From an uncultured Gammaproteobacteria bacterium (GTDB taxonomy: Bacteria; Patescibacteriota; Microgenomatia; UBA12405), in assembly GCA_964408995.1 (NCBI GenBank), contig CAYPBP010000003.1, positions 14,803-78,802 of the forward strand: a stretch of DNA of 64,000 nt. Direction: 5' to 3'. The notes beneath the pieces were generated by a model. It had not been told where the DNA came from. It saw nothing but the letters and a program-made list of their open reading frames with translations, and did not search any database. This document shows, piece by piece, positions 30,128 to 39,833 of the stretch (within the stretch, counting starts at the first letter, position 1; every line of letters begins with the position of its first letter). The position numbers were made by a program, and so were the translations under genes.

Positions 30128-31643
30128 TATTTTTTAAATACAAAATGTAGGCCTGGCCATCAGTTAAAAATTTATTGCCACTTTTTTTGGTGACGTAAGT
30201 TAAACCAGTTAAATCGATTTTTTCAACTGATTTAATAAAGCCATTTTGCTGGAGTTCGTTTTTTAATCTTTCCCTTTGTTTGTCAACAATTAATTCGGTA
30301 GTGTGAATTGGCATAATTATATTGAACTTAGTTTTTACTTTTTCATCAAAATGAGCAGTGCCAAGCCAGACTGATTGATTATCGGGAGTGATAAATGAAG
30401 TTTCCCAAATATGAATATGTTGTCTGGCAGTTGGTTCTTTTAGATCTGGTTTGCCAAAACCAAAATCATTTGGTTTAGTGTTCCAAAAAACTGGTAAACC
30501 AGGGGTGTTGTAATAGGAGTTTTTATTTATTAAGGATTTGATAATTTTTATAGTATTTTTAAATCCTATTGGGTCTAACAAATACCAACCAGAATCAATA
30601 AAAGCTTTATTTAAAGTTTCTTTGTTGGCAACGATAATGAAATTAATTGGTTCGGCTGGACTGCCAGTTATATTTTCACTTATTTTTGGCAAAGTTTCGA
30701 ATAATTTATTATCAATATCTTCTGAGTTGATCATAGTTTTTGGAATTAAAATTTGAGAACTTTCTTTAAGTGGGTGATTTTTATAGAAATTGTAAGTAAA
30801 AATAAAAAATAAAATTAAAAGTAACACAGTAATTTGAGTAATAGTTTTATGTTTTAGTTTTGGAACTATTGTTACTGGGTGAAATTTGTTTTTAATATTG
30901 TTGGCAGTAATAATAATTGATAACCAAGCTAGACCTGAAGCATAACTAGCTAAAACATCTGATGGCCAATGGGCTCCAAGATAAATTCGAGAAAAACCAA
31001 TTAGAATTATTAAAACAGACCCAAAAAACAAAATTATTTTTTTTAGATTTTTTTTCTTTAGGCTTTTAAAAATAAAAAAAGTAATTAAGCCATAAAAAGC
31101 AATAGCGGCAAAAGTGTGACCACTAGGGAAACTATAACTAGTCTCAGCAACAAGAGCTTCACTAAGTGGAGGGCGAGGTCTTTCTATTATGTTTTTAATA
31201 ATCCAAACAAATAATTGACCAAAAATAACGGAAACTAGTAATGATTTTAAATAAGACCATTTATTGAGTAAAAATAAAATAATTAAAGAAAAAATAACTG
31301 CTACTGTTATGACTTCACCTTTGGCAAGATGAGTTATAAAAAGCATTAATTCGTTAATATACGATTTACGATATTGACTAACTAGGTTGATTATTCGAAG
31401 ATCGGCTTTGATTAAAGTTTCTTGGCCAATGTAATCTTGGATAATGCCAAAAAATAAGAAAACAAAGAACAAGGTAAATAAAGTACCAATAGTTAAATAA
31501 AGTCCATATTTTTCATTGGGGGTAAGGCGTTTTTTAATAAATTGAAAAAAATGAGGATGTTTAGAAATTATTTTTCTGACTTCAGGATCGTTTCTAACTC
31601 CATGATGAGTGGACTTAACAATTGATTTAATAATTTTTTTCAT
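30108..31643 (-). CDS. PAP2 phosphatase fused to an LssY-like C-terminal domain
   Basis: K...RPRP, SFPSGH, SRIYLGAHWPSDV; EPIN...RQHIHIW. Confidence 0.85.
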   Translation of the reverse strand: MKKIIKSIVKSTHHGVRNDPEVRKIISKHPHFFQFIKKRLTPNEKYGLYLTIGTLFTLFFVFLFFGIIQDYIGQETLIKADLRIINLVSQYRKSYINELMLFITHLAKGEVITVAVIFSLIILFLLNKWSYLKSLLVSVIFGQLFVWIIKNIIERPRPPLSEALVAETSYSFPSGHTFAAIAFYGLITFFIFKSLKKKNLKKIILFFGSVLIILIGFSRIYLGAHWPSDVLASYASGLAWLSIIITANNIKNKFHPVTIVPKLKHKTITQITVLLLILFFIFTYNFYKNHPLKESSQILIPKTMINSEDIDNKLFETLPKISENITGSPAEPINFIIVANKETLNKAFIDSGWYLLDPIGFKNTIKIIKSLINKNSYYNTPGLPVFWNTKPNDFGFGKPDLKEPTARQHIHIWETSFITPDNQSVWLGTAHFDEKVKTKFNIIMPIHTTELIVDKQRERLKNELQQNGFIKSVEKIDLTGLTYVTKKSGNKFLTDGQAYILYLKNNEKSTN

Positions 31644-31699
31644 CTTTAAATTATAGCAATAATAAAGTAATCCTTATTTAAGATCTCAGATTTCAGTTT

Positions 31700-32260
31700 T
31701 CAGATCTCAGTTATTTTAGATATTTCAGTAAATATTTTAGGAATGAGAGAATCGATTATTATTTTTTCTTCTGAGGTAAAAGGTAGTAAAACATAGTCTT
31801 CAACTGGAATATTATCTGAAGCTTTACTAATACCAACCCTGATTCTATTAAACTGTTGAGTGTTTAAGTTTTCAATAATCGATTTAATACCATTATGACC
31901 AGCTGGTCCTCTATCAAATTGAATTTTAAAATCCCCTACAGGTAAATCTAAATCATCATGGATAATATAAATATCTTGGGGAGAAATTTTATAGAATTTG
32001 GTAATTTTTTGGACAGATAGACCGGAGTTGTTCATATATTCGGTAGTAATGCCGATTAAAATCTTATTGTTGAATTTTGTAGAGACGCCAGATCTGGCGT
32101 CTCTACATGGAAGTTCCGAAAGTTGGGCTGATAATTTAGGAATTTTTTTCAATTCCAAATTTTGTTTTTTTAAAAAATCAATAACAATTTTTTGACCCAA
32201 ATTATGACGAGTGTTTTCATATTTTTTATCTGGATTACCAAGACCAATAATTAATTTCAT
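31700..32260 (-). CDS. pth: Peptidyl-tRNA hydrolase
   Basis: IGLGNP...TRHNLG, YMNNSG, HDDLD, GHNGIKS. Confidence 0.96.
   Translation of the reverse strand: MKLIIGLGNPDKKYENTRHNLGQKIVIDFLKKQNLELKKIPKLSAQLSELPCRDARSGVSTKFNNKILIGITTEYMNNSGLSVQKITKFYKISPQDIYIIHDDLDLPVGDFKIQFDRGPAGHNGIKSIIENLNTQQFNRIRVGISKASDNIPVEDYVLLPFTSEEKIIIDSLIPKIFTEISKITEI
32078..32107. repeat. Perfect 30-bp palindrome in-frame in pth
   Basis: TGTAGAGACGCCAGA|TCTGGCGTCTCTACA, encodes CRDARSGVST. Confidence 0.9.
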
Positions 32261-32287
32261 ATCTTTATTTTAACAGGTCTAATAATA

Positions 32288-32319
32288 TAGATACGCCCCG
32301 CAGCTGCGGGGCGTATCTA
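32288..32319. repeat. Perfect 32-bp intergenic palindrome
   Basis: TAGATACGCCCCGCAG|CTGCGGGGCGTATCTA. Confidence 0.9.
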
Positions 32320-32430
32320 ATAAATTATCTATTAAGACACTATTTTATATATATAGATACTATATGATATAAAATGATTCCCTAAGGATAGGGAAAAGTT
32401 AGAAAAGTGGTCTTTTTAGCACTGTTGCTA

Positions 32431-34422
32431 CTAGACTGCTAATGATTCAAACTCTACTTCTGAAATTATTTTTGTGCCGAACTTTTGAGCATTTAAAAAT
32501 TTACTAGAATTTGATTGAGTTTCATTAGTAATTAAATAGTCAGTATTTTTAGAAACAGATGAAACAACTTGTCCGCCAAGAGAAATAAGTTGATCTTCTA
32601 TTTCTTTTCGAGGACGACTTAAATTTCCAGTAATGGCAAATGTAAGGTTGTTTAATTTAAAATTTCCAATTTCTAATTTCGAATCTTTAATTGTGACTTG
32701 AGAAAAAATAGATTCTAACCATTCTTTTCGAGCATCAATCCCCTCCTTTATTTTTTTAGCTAAAGTTATTTGAAAACCGGGAAGTGATTCTAATTTATTA
32801 ACAGTTAAATCCAAAATTTTTTCTTTGGTATCGAAAGCGGCGCTAATTAATTGTTGAATTCGTTTACCACTAAAATTAGGGATGCTGGCAGCGGTCAGAA
32901 TTTGTTTTAAAGTTAGATTTTTTTTATCTTGAATTTGTTTAATAATATTTTGACCTGATTTTTGACCAAGTCCAGCTAGATTAATAAAATTATCGATTGT
33001 AAGTTTATAAAAATCACCAGGAAGTCTAATTAAATTGGCTTGATGGAGTTTTTCAATGGTTTTGTCAGAGATGCCTTTGATTTCCAAAACGTCACAAAAG
33101 AGTTTTAGGGATCCAAGAATTTGGGCGGGACAGTTTTGAAGGTTAGGACATTTTAAAAATTTGGATTGGACGATTAATAAGGCTCCACAAGAAGGACAAT
33201 TGGTTGGAGCAATGATATGACCTGTGGTTACTTTATTAACAACATGATCTATATGAGGAATAACATCACCACGGCGACTGATTTCGACAATGTCATTAAT
33301 ATTAATATTTTTTTCTTTAATTAAATCGTAGTTGGCTAGAGAGGCAAAAGTAATGATAGCTCCAGAGATTTCAATTGGATCGACTTGGGCTACCGGAGTA
33401 ATCATACCAAGTGGCCCAACTTGCCAATCAATTGAGGCAATTCTGGTTTGACTAGTTCTGGCGGGAAATTTGTAAGCAATCTGACCTTTTGGTCGATTAT
33501 TCTTTACACCCAACTGGTGTTGAATTTTTTGATCATTAATTTTGATAACTAAACCATCTATTTCAAATGGATAACTAAGACGAGTTTCAATTAAGAATTT
33601 TTGATAAATTTCTTCAATTTGATCAAAGTTTTGACAAACAAAAGTTTCAACAGCAGTGAAACCAAGCGATTTTAAAAGATTTATTTTATCTAGCTCTGTA
33701 GAGACGTTCTGCAGAACGTCTCTACAGAATAAATCAACAGAAATAAGATAGCAGTATTCGCTGAATTTTCCATCTAATCTTTGAGAAATACCTGAAACAG
33801 CGTTTCGCGAATTACTGTAGAAATCCTCTGTCCCTCCCGCAGCTGCGGGAGGGACATCTCCCTTAACAGGGCGACTTTTTATAATAGAATTTAATTTTTG
33901 GAAATCTTGTTCTAACATAACAATTTCACAACGAATTGAGCCAGTAAAATCATCTTTAAATTTAGGGACAAAGTTTTTCATTTTAACTACATTTTGAGTT
34001 ATGACATCTCCTATTTGACCATCACCTCTGGTGATGGCTTCGACAAATTGACCATTTTGATAAATCATTTCTAAAGAAATACCGTCACATTTTGGTTGGA
34101 CAATAAATTCAGTATTAGTAGGGATTTTTTTTAATTCAAAATAATGGATGAGATCTTTTATATTATTCACTTTGTTTTGAGAGCCCATGGGCATGGAATG
34201 CTTTTTTTTATCAAAACCAGTGTTGAAGTTTTTATGACCAGCTTTGGTAAAAATCCTGTGATAAGGCATTTTTTGACGCAAAATCTCTTCGAGAGTGTCG
34301 TAAGTGGCATCAGACATAATTGGTTTGCCACTGGTGTAATAGACTTTTTTAGCTTCCATTAAAAGCTCGCCAAGTTTTTCGGGAGTGATGGTTTGAAGGT
34401 CGATAGAATCGAGAGTGATCAT
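32431..34422 (-). CDS. ligA: NAD-dependent DNA ligase
   Basis: PKCDG, TRGDG, DGLVIK, AYKF, RRGDVIP, Cys4 finger, C-terminal BRCT. Confidence 0.96.
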   Translation of the reverse strand: MITLDSIDLQTITPEKLGELLMEAKKVYYTSGKPIMSDATYDTLEEILRQKMPYHRIFTKAGHKNFNTGFDKKKHSMPMGSQNKVNNIKDLIHYFELKKIPTNTEFIVQPKCDGISLEMIYQNGQFVEAITRGDGQIGDVITQNVVKMKNFVPKFKDDFTGSIRCEIVMLEQDFQKLNSIIKSRPVKGDVPPAAAGGTEDFYSNSRNAVSGISQRLDGKFSEYCYLISVDLFCRDVLQNVSTELDKINLLKSLGFTAVETFVCQNFDQIEEIYQKFLIETRLSYPFEIDGLVIKINDQKIQHQLGVKNNRPKGQIAYKFPARTSQTRIASIDWQVGPLGMITPVAQVDPIEISGAIITFASLANYDLIKEKNININDIVEISRRGDVIPHIDHVVNKVTTGHIIAPTNCPSCGALLIVQSKFLKCPNLQNCPAQILGSLKLFCDVLEIKGISDKTIEKLHQANLIRLPGDFYKLTIDNFINLAGLGQKSGQNIIKQIQDKKNLTLKQILTAASIPNFSGKRIQQLISAAFDTKEKILDLTVNKLESLPGFQITLAKKIKEGIDARKEWLESIFSQVTIKDSKLEIGNFKLNNLTFAITGNLSRPRKEIEDQLISLGGQVVSSVSKNTDYLITNETQSNSSKFLNAQKFGTKIISEVEFESLAV
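33695..33728. repeat. Perfect 34-bp palindrome in-frame in ligA
   Basis: TCTGTAGAGACGTTCTG|CAGAACGTCTCTACAGA, encodes CRDVLQNVST. Confidence 0.9.
33821..33875 (+). repeat. Two-hairpin element in-frame in ligA
   Basis: AAATCCTCTGTCCCTCCCGCAGCTGCGGGAGGGACATCTCCCTTAACAGGGCGAC; same scaffold as 53678-53723. Confidence 0.88.
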
Positions 34423-34440
34423 GCTTAATTATAAAGCATT

Positions 34441-34923
34441 TTAGGTTAGTATTTTTTGAGCCATTTCATGGCAAAGACTATTGGCTTTATTTCCCATATT
34501 ATGGAAAGAGTGTTCTTGTTGACTATACTCGTGAACATCTGCTCCTAATAAATCTAGGTGTTGTTCGACAAGATATCGAGATGTTTCGTAAGCAATAATA
34601 TAATCTTGATCTTTTTGGGGTATTTTTTCGTTAATTAAAATAAAATTTGTATTTGTTGTTTCAGCAACAACTAAAATTCCTAAATTTTTATCACATTTAT
34701 CAAGGTTACAAGTTACAACTTGTACATTTAAAGAATTAGCAAATTCTGTTGGGTTTATAGATCCATTTAATTTTTTATAATTTTCTATTGTTTGATTAAG
34801 TATTGTTCTGATTTCTTCAGATTCTGAACTTAGTCTTTGATCAATTAATGTTTGTCGATCTACTTTTTTTAAAGTATCTATATTTACCCTTTCAGGCTTA
34901 TATTTTCTTCTTTCTATTGGCAT
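34441..34923 (-). CDS. Hypothetical protein, weakly ImmA/IrrE-like
   Basis: ILINEK...IIAYETSRY...AN...A..IL. Confidence 0.45.
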   Translation of the reverse strand: MPIERRKYKPERVNIDTLKKVDRQTLIDQRLSSESEEIRTILNQTIENYKKLNGSINPTEFANSLNVQVVTCNLDKCDKNLGILVVAETTNTNFILINEKIPQKDQDYIIAYETSRYLVEQHLDLLGADVHEYSQQEHSFHNMGNKANSLCHEMAQKILT

Positions 34924-34988
34924 AAAAATTAGTTATTTATAATTTGGGCTATTTTAGCATAAAAGATAATAAGGGTTTTTAAGTTAAT

Positions 34989-36122
34989 TTAAGCGTTGGT
35001 GATGCAATAATAGGCGCCTTTGGTAGAACCACGTTTTTCAACTGCACCACTGTCGATTAGTTTTTTAAGATCACGCCAAATAGTGTCATCAGAAACCATA
35101 GGAAGAAGTTGTTGAGCATCAGGCATTCTAAGTCCTCCAAATTGTTGCATATATTCAACTAATTTAATTTGTCGTTCTGTTAAGTGAAGTTGTTTACCAC
35201 CAAGTTTTTGTTTTAATTTAATATCACGAGAGAGAGATTGAACTTTAGCTTTAACACGGGATAATTCAATAGCTAAAGCTTCGGTAAAATAATTAATCCA
35301 ATTGGTCATATCTCGTTTGAAAATATCTGTTGAAAGTTCGTGAGTGGTTTGAAGAGTATTGTAATAACTTTCGGCATTGCGATCAAAATATTCTTCAAGA
35401 GAAAAAAGACGACGAATGTCATAACCTTCAACATAAAGAGGTAACATAGCAAAAGCACGACTGACACGACCATTGCCTTCAACAAAAGGATGGATGGCAA
35501 CTAAAATATATTGAGAAATAGCTGCTCTGATGGCAGGATGGATTTCCAAAGATGATGGACTTTTGAGCCAATCAATAAAATCAGCAATTAAATATGGAAC
35601 TTCAACGGCTGGTGGTGGTCGGTGAGCAATTTCACCAGTACGAGTATTTTTTAAGACAACTTGTTGATGACGATATTTACCACAATCTTCCTCTGGTATA
35701 ATTTTATCGGTGGTTAATTCGTGAATTCTTTTAATAATAGTTTCACTGTAAAAAAATGGCCTATTTTCGTCTTTTCCAGAAACGGGTACAACTTTTTCTT
35801 CTGGAAGGGGCATGTTGGCATCGTATAAAGACCATAATTCTTCTAGATAAGAAACAACATTTCGATAGTTAATGACTTCTTGAATGTCGCGTTCAGTGGC
35901 AGTGATTTTTTGACCCTCGACTAATTTGGCTACTTCTTGAAAAGTTAGATCATTTCCTTCAATTCTGGTACCAAAATGGACAGTTCTAATAATGGCTTCT
36001 TGTTGAAATTGTTTTTCGTAAGCAGGGATTAGTGGTGCTTCATCAATAACAGCTTTGGCACCTTCAATGGTACCAATATTTTTTAAAATCTGATTATTGA
36101 TTGAAAAGATGGGGTAAAACAT
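34989..36122 (-). CDS. Fic-family protein with C-terminal HTH
   Basis: HPFVEGNGRVSR; GTRIEGN; RDLKKL...G..KG..Y. Confidence 0.92.
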   Translation of the reverse strand: MFYPIFSINNQILKNIGTIEGAKAVIDEAPLIPAYEKQFQQEAIIRTVHFGTRIEGNDLTFQEVAKLVEGQKITATERDIQEVINYRNVVSYLEELWSLYDANMPLPEEKVVPVSGKDENRPFFYSETIIKRIHELTTDKIIPEEDCGKYRHQQVVLKNTRTGEIAHRPPPAVEVPYLIADFIDWLKSPSSLEIHPAIRAAISQYILVAIHPFVEGNGRVSRAFAMLPLYVEGYDIRRLFSLEEYFDRNAESYYNTLQTTHELSTDIFKRDMTNWINYFTEALAIELSRVKAKVQSLSRDIKLKQKLGGKQLHLTERQIKLVEYMQQFGGLRMPDAQQLLPMVSDDTIWRDLKKLIDSGAVEKRGSTKGAYYCITNA

Positions 36123-36181
36123 CTAAGAAGGATTATAACACTTTTTTGAAAATTGATAAGGGGAAAGTGCGGGAATTAAAG

Positions 36182-36300
36182 CTTCCTGTTCACCCGCAAT
36201 TGCGGATGAACTTCCTCCCTTAAAAAAGGAGAAAATAAAATTCTCCCTTTGTTAAGGGGAGATGTCGATCCCGCCGTTGCGGGAGAGACAGAGAGGTTTT
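36182..36300. repeat. Inverted doublet of two-hairpin elements
   Basis: Forward copy 36182-36232 and inverted copy 36241-36300, each with a variable hairpin and a CTCCCTT...A(G)GGAG hairpin. Confidence 0.8.
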
Positions 36301-36943
36301 AACTTAGAAATATATAGTCTAAAGCGCTTTTGGGATCGACGTTGGCATTTATCATTTGAATAGCTTTGATTATTTTTTCAATAGTTTCTTTGGTCTTTAA
36401 ATTTGGTTTTTGAATGAGTTCCTGCTGATAAAGATAAAGTTCATTTTCGAGCATGGGTAAAATTTCTTCTTTGTTTTTGCCTAATTTTTCGGATAAAGTT
36501 AAGTCTTTAGTTAAGTTGCCGGTGATTTCAATTTGTTTTTTATTTTTGTGTGAGTCGTGCCTCGCCCCTGCAAGTTTAACGGTTTGACATCGGGAAATAA
36601 TGGTTTGAAGAATACTTTTAGTTTTATTAGTGCTTAGAATAATATAATTATTTTCTCCTGGTTCTTCGAGATTTTTCAGTAAAGCATTTTGAGATTCATT
36701 GTTAAGGTTTTGAGCTTCTAAGATAATTATTACTTTGTTTTGATGAGAAAATGGTTTTTGGGAAAGAAAACTGTTGATTTGACGAACTTGATCTATCCCC
36801 CACCCTGAATTTTCATCTATTAATAAAATGTCGGGGTTATTTTGATTAAATTGATGGTCTAAAGTGGCGCAAATTTGATCAATTTTTTGATTGATGGAAT
36901 CTTTACTTTTACCGATAATTAAGGTTGATGGAAATAGATTCAT
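36299..36943 (-). CDS. holB: DNA polymerase III delta-prime-like protein
   Basis: NNPD, GIDQVR, SQNALLKNLEEP, TIISRC. Confidence 0.8.
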   Translation of the reverse strand: MNLFPSTLIIGKSKDSINQKIDQICATLDHQFNQNNPDILLIDENSGWGIDQVRQINSFLSQKPFSHQNKVIIILEAQNLNNESQNALLKNLEEPGENNYIILSTNKTKSILQTIISRCQTVKLAGARHDSHKNKKQIEITGNLTKDLTLSEKLGKNKEEILPMLENELYLYQQELIQKPNLKTKETIEKIIKAIQMINANVDPKSALDYIFLS

Positions 36944-36964
36944 AATGTATGATGATTATATACT

Positions 36965-38704
36965 ATGAATGATGCTGCCTCAAAAATATACAAGAACTTA
37001 AAGGATGTTCTTTTAGAACAGGGTTTTATTACGCCTGAGAAAGCAGAAGAAATTAATTTAAGACAATTAAAAACTGGAGAAAGTGAAGAAGAAACTATCA
37101 AAGCTTTGAGGTTAGTAACAGATATTGATTTTGTTAAAGCAAAAGCTTTATTTTTAAGAGTTCCTTTTGTTGATTTAGAAAATATTGCTTTTTCACCAGA
37201 ATCTTTAGCTTTGATACCGGAAAGTGTGGCTCAAAAGTATAAAGTAGTCCCCTATAAGTTAGATACAAAAAACAAAACTCTGTTTGTATCGATGGCAAAT
37301 CCTTTGGATTTAGAGACAATTGAATTTTTAGAGAAAAAAACAAATTACAAAATTAGTGTAACCATATCTTTAGAAAAACAAATTGTTAGTTATATTAATG
37401 AAAAATATATAAGAGAAAAAAATATAACTTCAGAGGTAACTCGAGCTTTAGATGAAAGAAAAGTTGAAGAAAAAAATTTAAGGATGGCCGAAGAAAAAAT
37501 AGCAGTAGAAGCTCCGGTGGCAAAAATAGTGAATACTATCTTAGAATATGCAGTTAAATCTCGATCTTCTGATGTTCATATTGAGCCACAAGAAGAAAGT
37601 GTTCGAATTAGATACAGAATTGATGGTATTTTACAGGAAAAATATTTATTACCTAGAAACGTTCAAGATGCTGTTGTGTCGAGAATCAAGATTTTGTCAA
37701 ATTTAAAAATTGACGAAAAAAGAGTACCCCAAGATGGTCGTTTTTTCTTTTCAACTGATGGTAGAGATGTTGATTTGCGAATTTCAACTTTACCAACAAC
37801 TTATGGTGAGAAAGTGGTTATGCGTTTACTTAATAAATCTCAAAAAGTGCCAACTTTACAGGATTTAGGTTTAAGAGGTTTGGCTTTAAAAAATTTAATG
37901 AGTTCGATCCAAAGACCCCATGGAATTATTATTGTTTGTGGTCCAACTGGTTCTGGTAAAACAACTACTTTGTATTCAGTTTTAGATTTGGTAGCAACTT
38001 CTAGAGTTAATGTGGTAACTGTTGAAGATCCAGTGGAATATCAGATGAAAGGAATAAATCAAGTTCAGGTAAATGTTCAAGCTGGTTTGACTTTTTCTTC
38101 AGCTTTAAGATCGTTTTTACGCCAAGATCCAAACATTATCATGGTTGGAGAAATTCGTGACCAAGAGACTGCCGAATTGGCAGTGAACGCAGCTTTAACT
38201 GGTCATTTAGTTTTTTCCACTTTGCATACAAACGATGCTTCTGGTGTGCCTCCTCGACTTTTAGATTTGGGAGTAGAACCATTTTTATTAACTTCTTCTT
38301 TAAATTGTGTGGTTGGTCAAAGAGTATTGCGAAAAGTTTGCAAAGATTGTGTGACAGAAATGGAAATACCTAGAGAACAATTAGATGAAATAAAAAGTAC
38401 TCTAGGTCCTATCTTTAATATGCTTGAAGACAAATTCAAAAAAGATGGTAAAAGTTTAACTATACCTAAAGTTGTTGGTTGTGAAAAATGTAATAACACT
38501 GGTTATTTAGGTAGAATTGCTATTTATGAGGTGATGCCTATTACAGAAAAAATAAGTAAACTAATTGTTGAAAAAGCAGCGGCTTCTGATATTCAAAGAT
38601 TAGCTATGGAAGAAGGAATGTTGACTATGAAACAAGATGGATATGTAAAAGTTTTAGAAGGAGTAACTAGTTTAGACGAAGTTATTAGAGTTGCACAATA
38701 CTAA
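36965..38704 (+). CDS. pilB: Type IV pilus assembly ATPase (PilB/GspE)
   Basis: SDVHIEP, GPTGSGKTT, EDPVEY, LRQDP, Cys4 motif. Confidence 0.93.
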   Translation: MNDAASKIYKNLKDVLLEQGFITPEKAEEINLRQLKTGESEEETIKALRLVTDIDFVKAKALFLRVPFVDLENIAFSPESLALIPESVAQKYKVVPYKLDTKNKTLFVSMANPLDLETIEFLEKKTNYKISVTISLEKQIVSYINEKYIREKNITSEVTRALDERKVEEKNLRMAEEKIAVEAPVAKIVNTILEYAVKSRSSDVHIEPQEESVRIRYRIDGILQEKYLLPRNVQDAVVSRIKILSNLKIDEKRVPQDGRFFFSTDGRDVDLRISTLPTTYGEKVVMRLLNKSQKVPTLQDLGLRGLALKNLMSSIQRPHGIIIVCGPTGSGKTTTLYSVLDLVATSRVNVVTVEDPVEYQMKGINQVQVNVQAGLTFSSALRSFLRQDPNIIMVGEIRDQETAELAVNAALTGHLVFSTLHTNDASGVPPRLLDLGVEPFLLTSSLNCVVGQRVLRKVCKDCVTEMEIPREQLDEIKSTLGPIFNMLEDKFKKDGKSLTIPKVVGCEKCNNTGYLGRIAIYEVMPITEKISKLIVEKAAASDIQRLAMEEGMLTMKQDGYVKVLEGVTSLDEVIRVAQY

Positions 38705-38765
38705 ATTAATAATTAGGTCGTAGATGTTAGATCGTAGATAAAATATAAATTAAAAATAAACAAAA

Positions 38766-39833
38766 ATGAATACAAAAATGGAAGAAATTTTAAAATTTGC
38801 TGTAGAAAAAGGAGCATCTGATGTGCATTTGATTTCGAATGTGCCACCGAAAATTAGAGTCAGTGGAGATTTGTTAAATGTAGTTGGATTTGAAGAAGCT
38901 AATAGTGATTTAAATAATGCAATGGTTTTGTCTTTGTTGAGCGAAGAACAGTTAAAAGTTTTTAGTAAAGATAAGGAATTAGATTTTTCTTTTGAAGCGG
39001 TTGGAGTTCGTTTTAGAGCTAATGTTTATTTACAAAAAGATAATCCAGCTTGTGCTTTGAGATTAATTTCTTCTAAAATACCAGAATTTGAAGATTTGAA
39101 TATTCCAGAAGTTTTAAAAACTTTTACAAAATATAAACAAGGTTTTGTTTTGGTTACTGGTCCAACTGGTCATGGAAAGTCAACAACAGTAGCGGCTATG
39201 TTGGAATTAATTAATAGGGATATAGGTGGACATATTTTAACTATAGAAGATCCAGTTGAGTATTTATTCCAACCACAAAAAGCAATTATATCTCAACGAG
39301 AAATAGGGGGAGATTCTAATGACTTTGATTTGTCTTTAAGATCTGCTTTGAGACAAGATCCAAATGTGGTTTTTTTAGGAGAAATGAGAGATTTAACCTC
39401 AACATCTGCAGCCTTAACAATTGCTGAAACTGGTCATTTAGTATTTTCTGTTTTACACACTAATTCAGCAGCTCAAACAATAGATAGAATTATTGATATT
39501 TTCCCAGCAGAATCTAAAGATCAAATTCGGGTTCAATTATCAACAGTGATTACGGCAATTGTATCTCAGAGGTTAGTTCCAGCAATCGCTGGAGGTAGAA
39601 TTCCAGTTTTTGAAATTTTAGTGGCAACACCAGCAGTTAGAAATGTTATCAGAGAAGGAAAATCATTTATGATTGATAACATTATTCAAACTAGTTCTGA
39701 TGTAGGAATGGTAAGTTTTGATACTTATTTAGCTAAACTGGTTTTAGCTGGCAAAATTACAGAAGAAGTGGCTATTAGTTATTCTACTAACCAAGTTGAG
39801 TTACAAAACAAACTAAGACGTCAAAAAATATGA
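38766..39833 (+). CDS. pilT: Type IV pilus retraction ATPase
   Basis: GASDVH, GPTGHGKST, ALRQDP, AVRNVIRE. Confidence 0.92.
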   Translation: MNTKMEEILKFAVEKGASDVHLISNVPPKIRVSGDLLNVVGFEEANSDLNNAMVLSLLSEEQLKVFSKDKELDFSFEAVGVRFRANVYLQKDNPACALRLISSKIPEFEDLNIPEVLKTFTKYKQGFVLVTGPTGHGKSTTVAAMLELINRDIGGHILTIEDPVEYLFQPQKAIISQREIGGDSNDFDLSLRSALRQDPNVVFLGEMRDLTSTSAALTIAETGHLVFSVLHTNSAAQTIDRIIDIFPAESKDQIRVQLSTVITAIVSQRLVPAIAGGRIPVFEILVATPAVRNVIREGKSFMIDNIIQTSSDVGMVSFDTYLAKLVLAGKITEEVAISYSTNQVELQNKLRRQKI

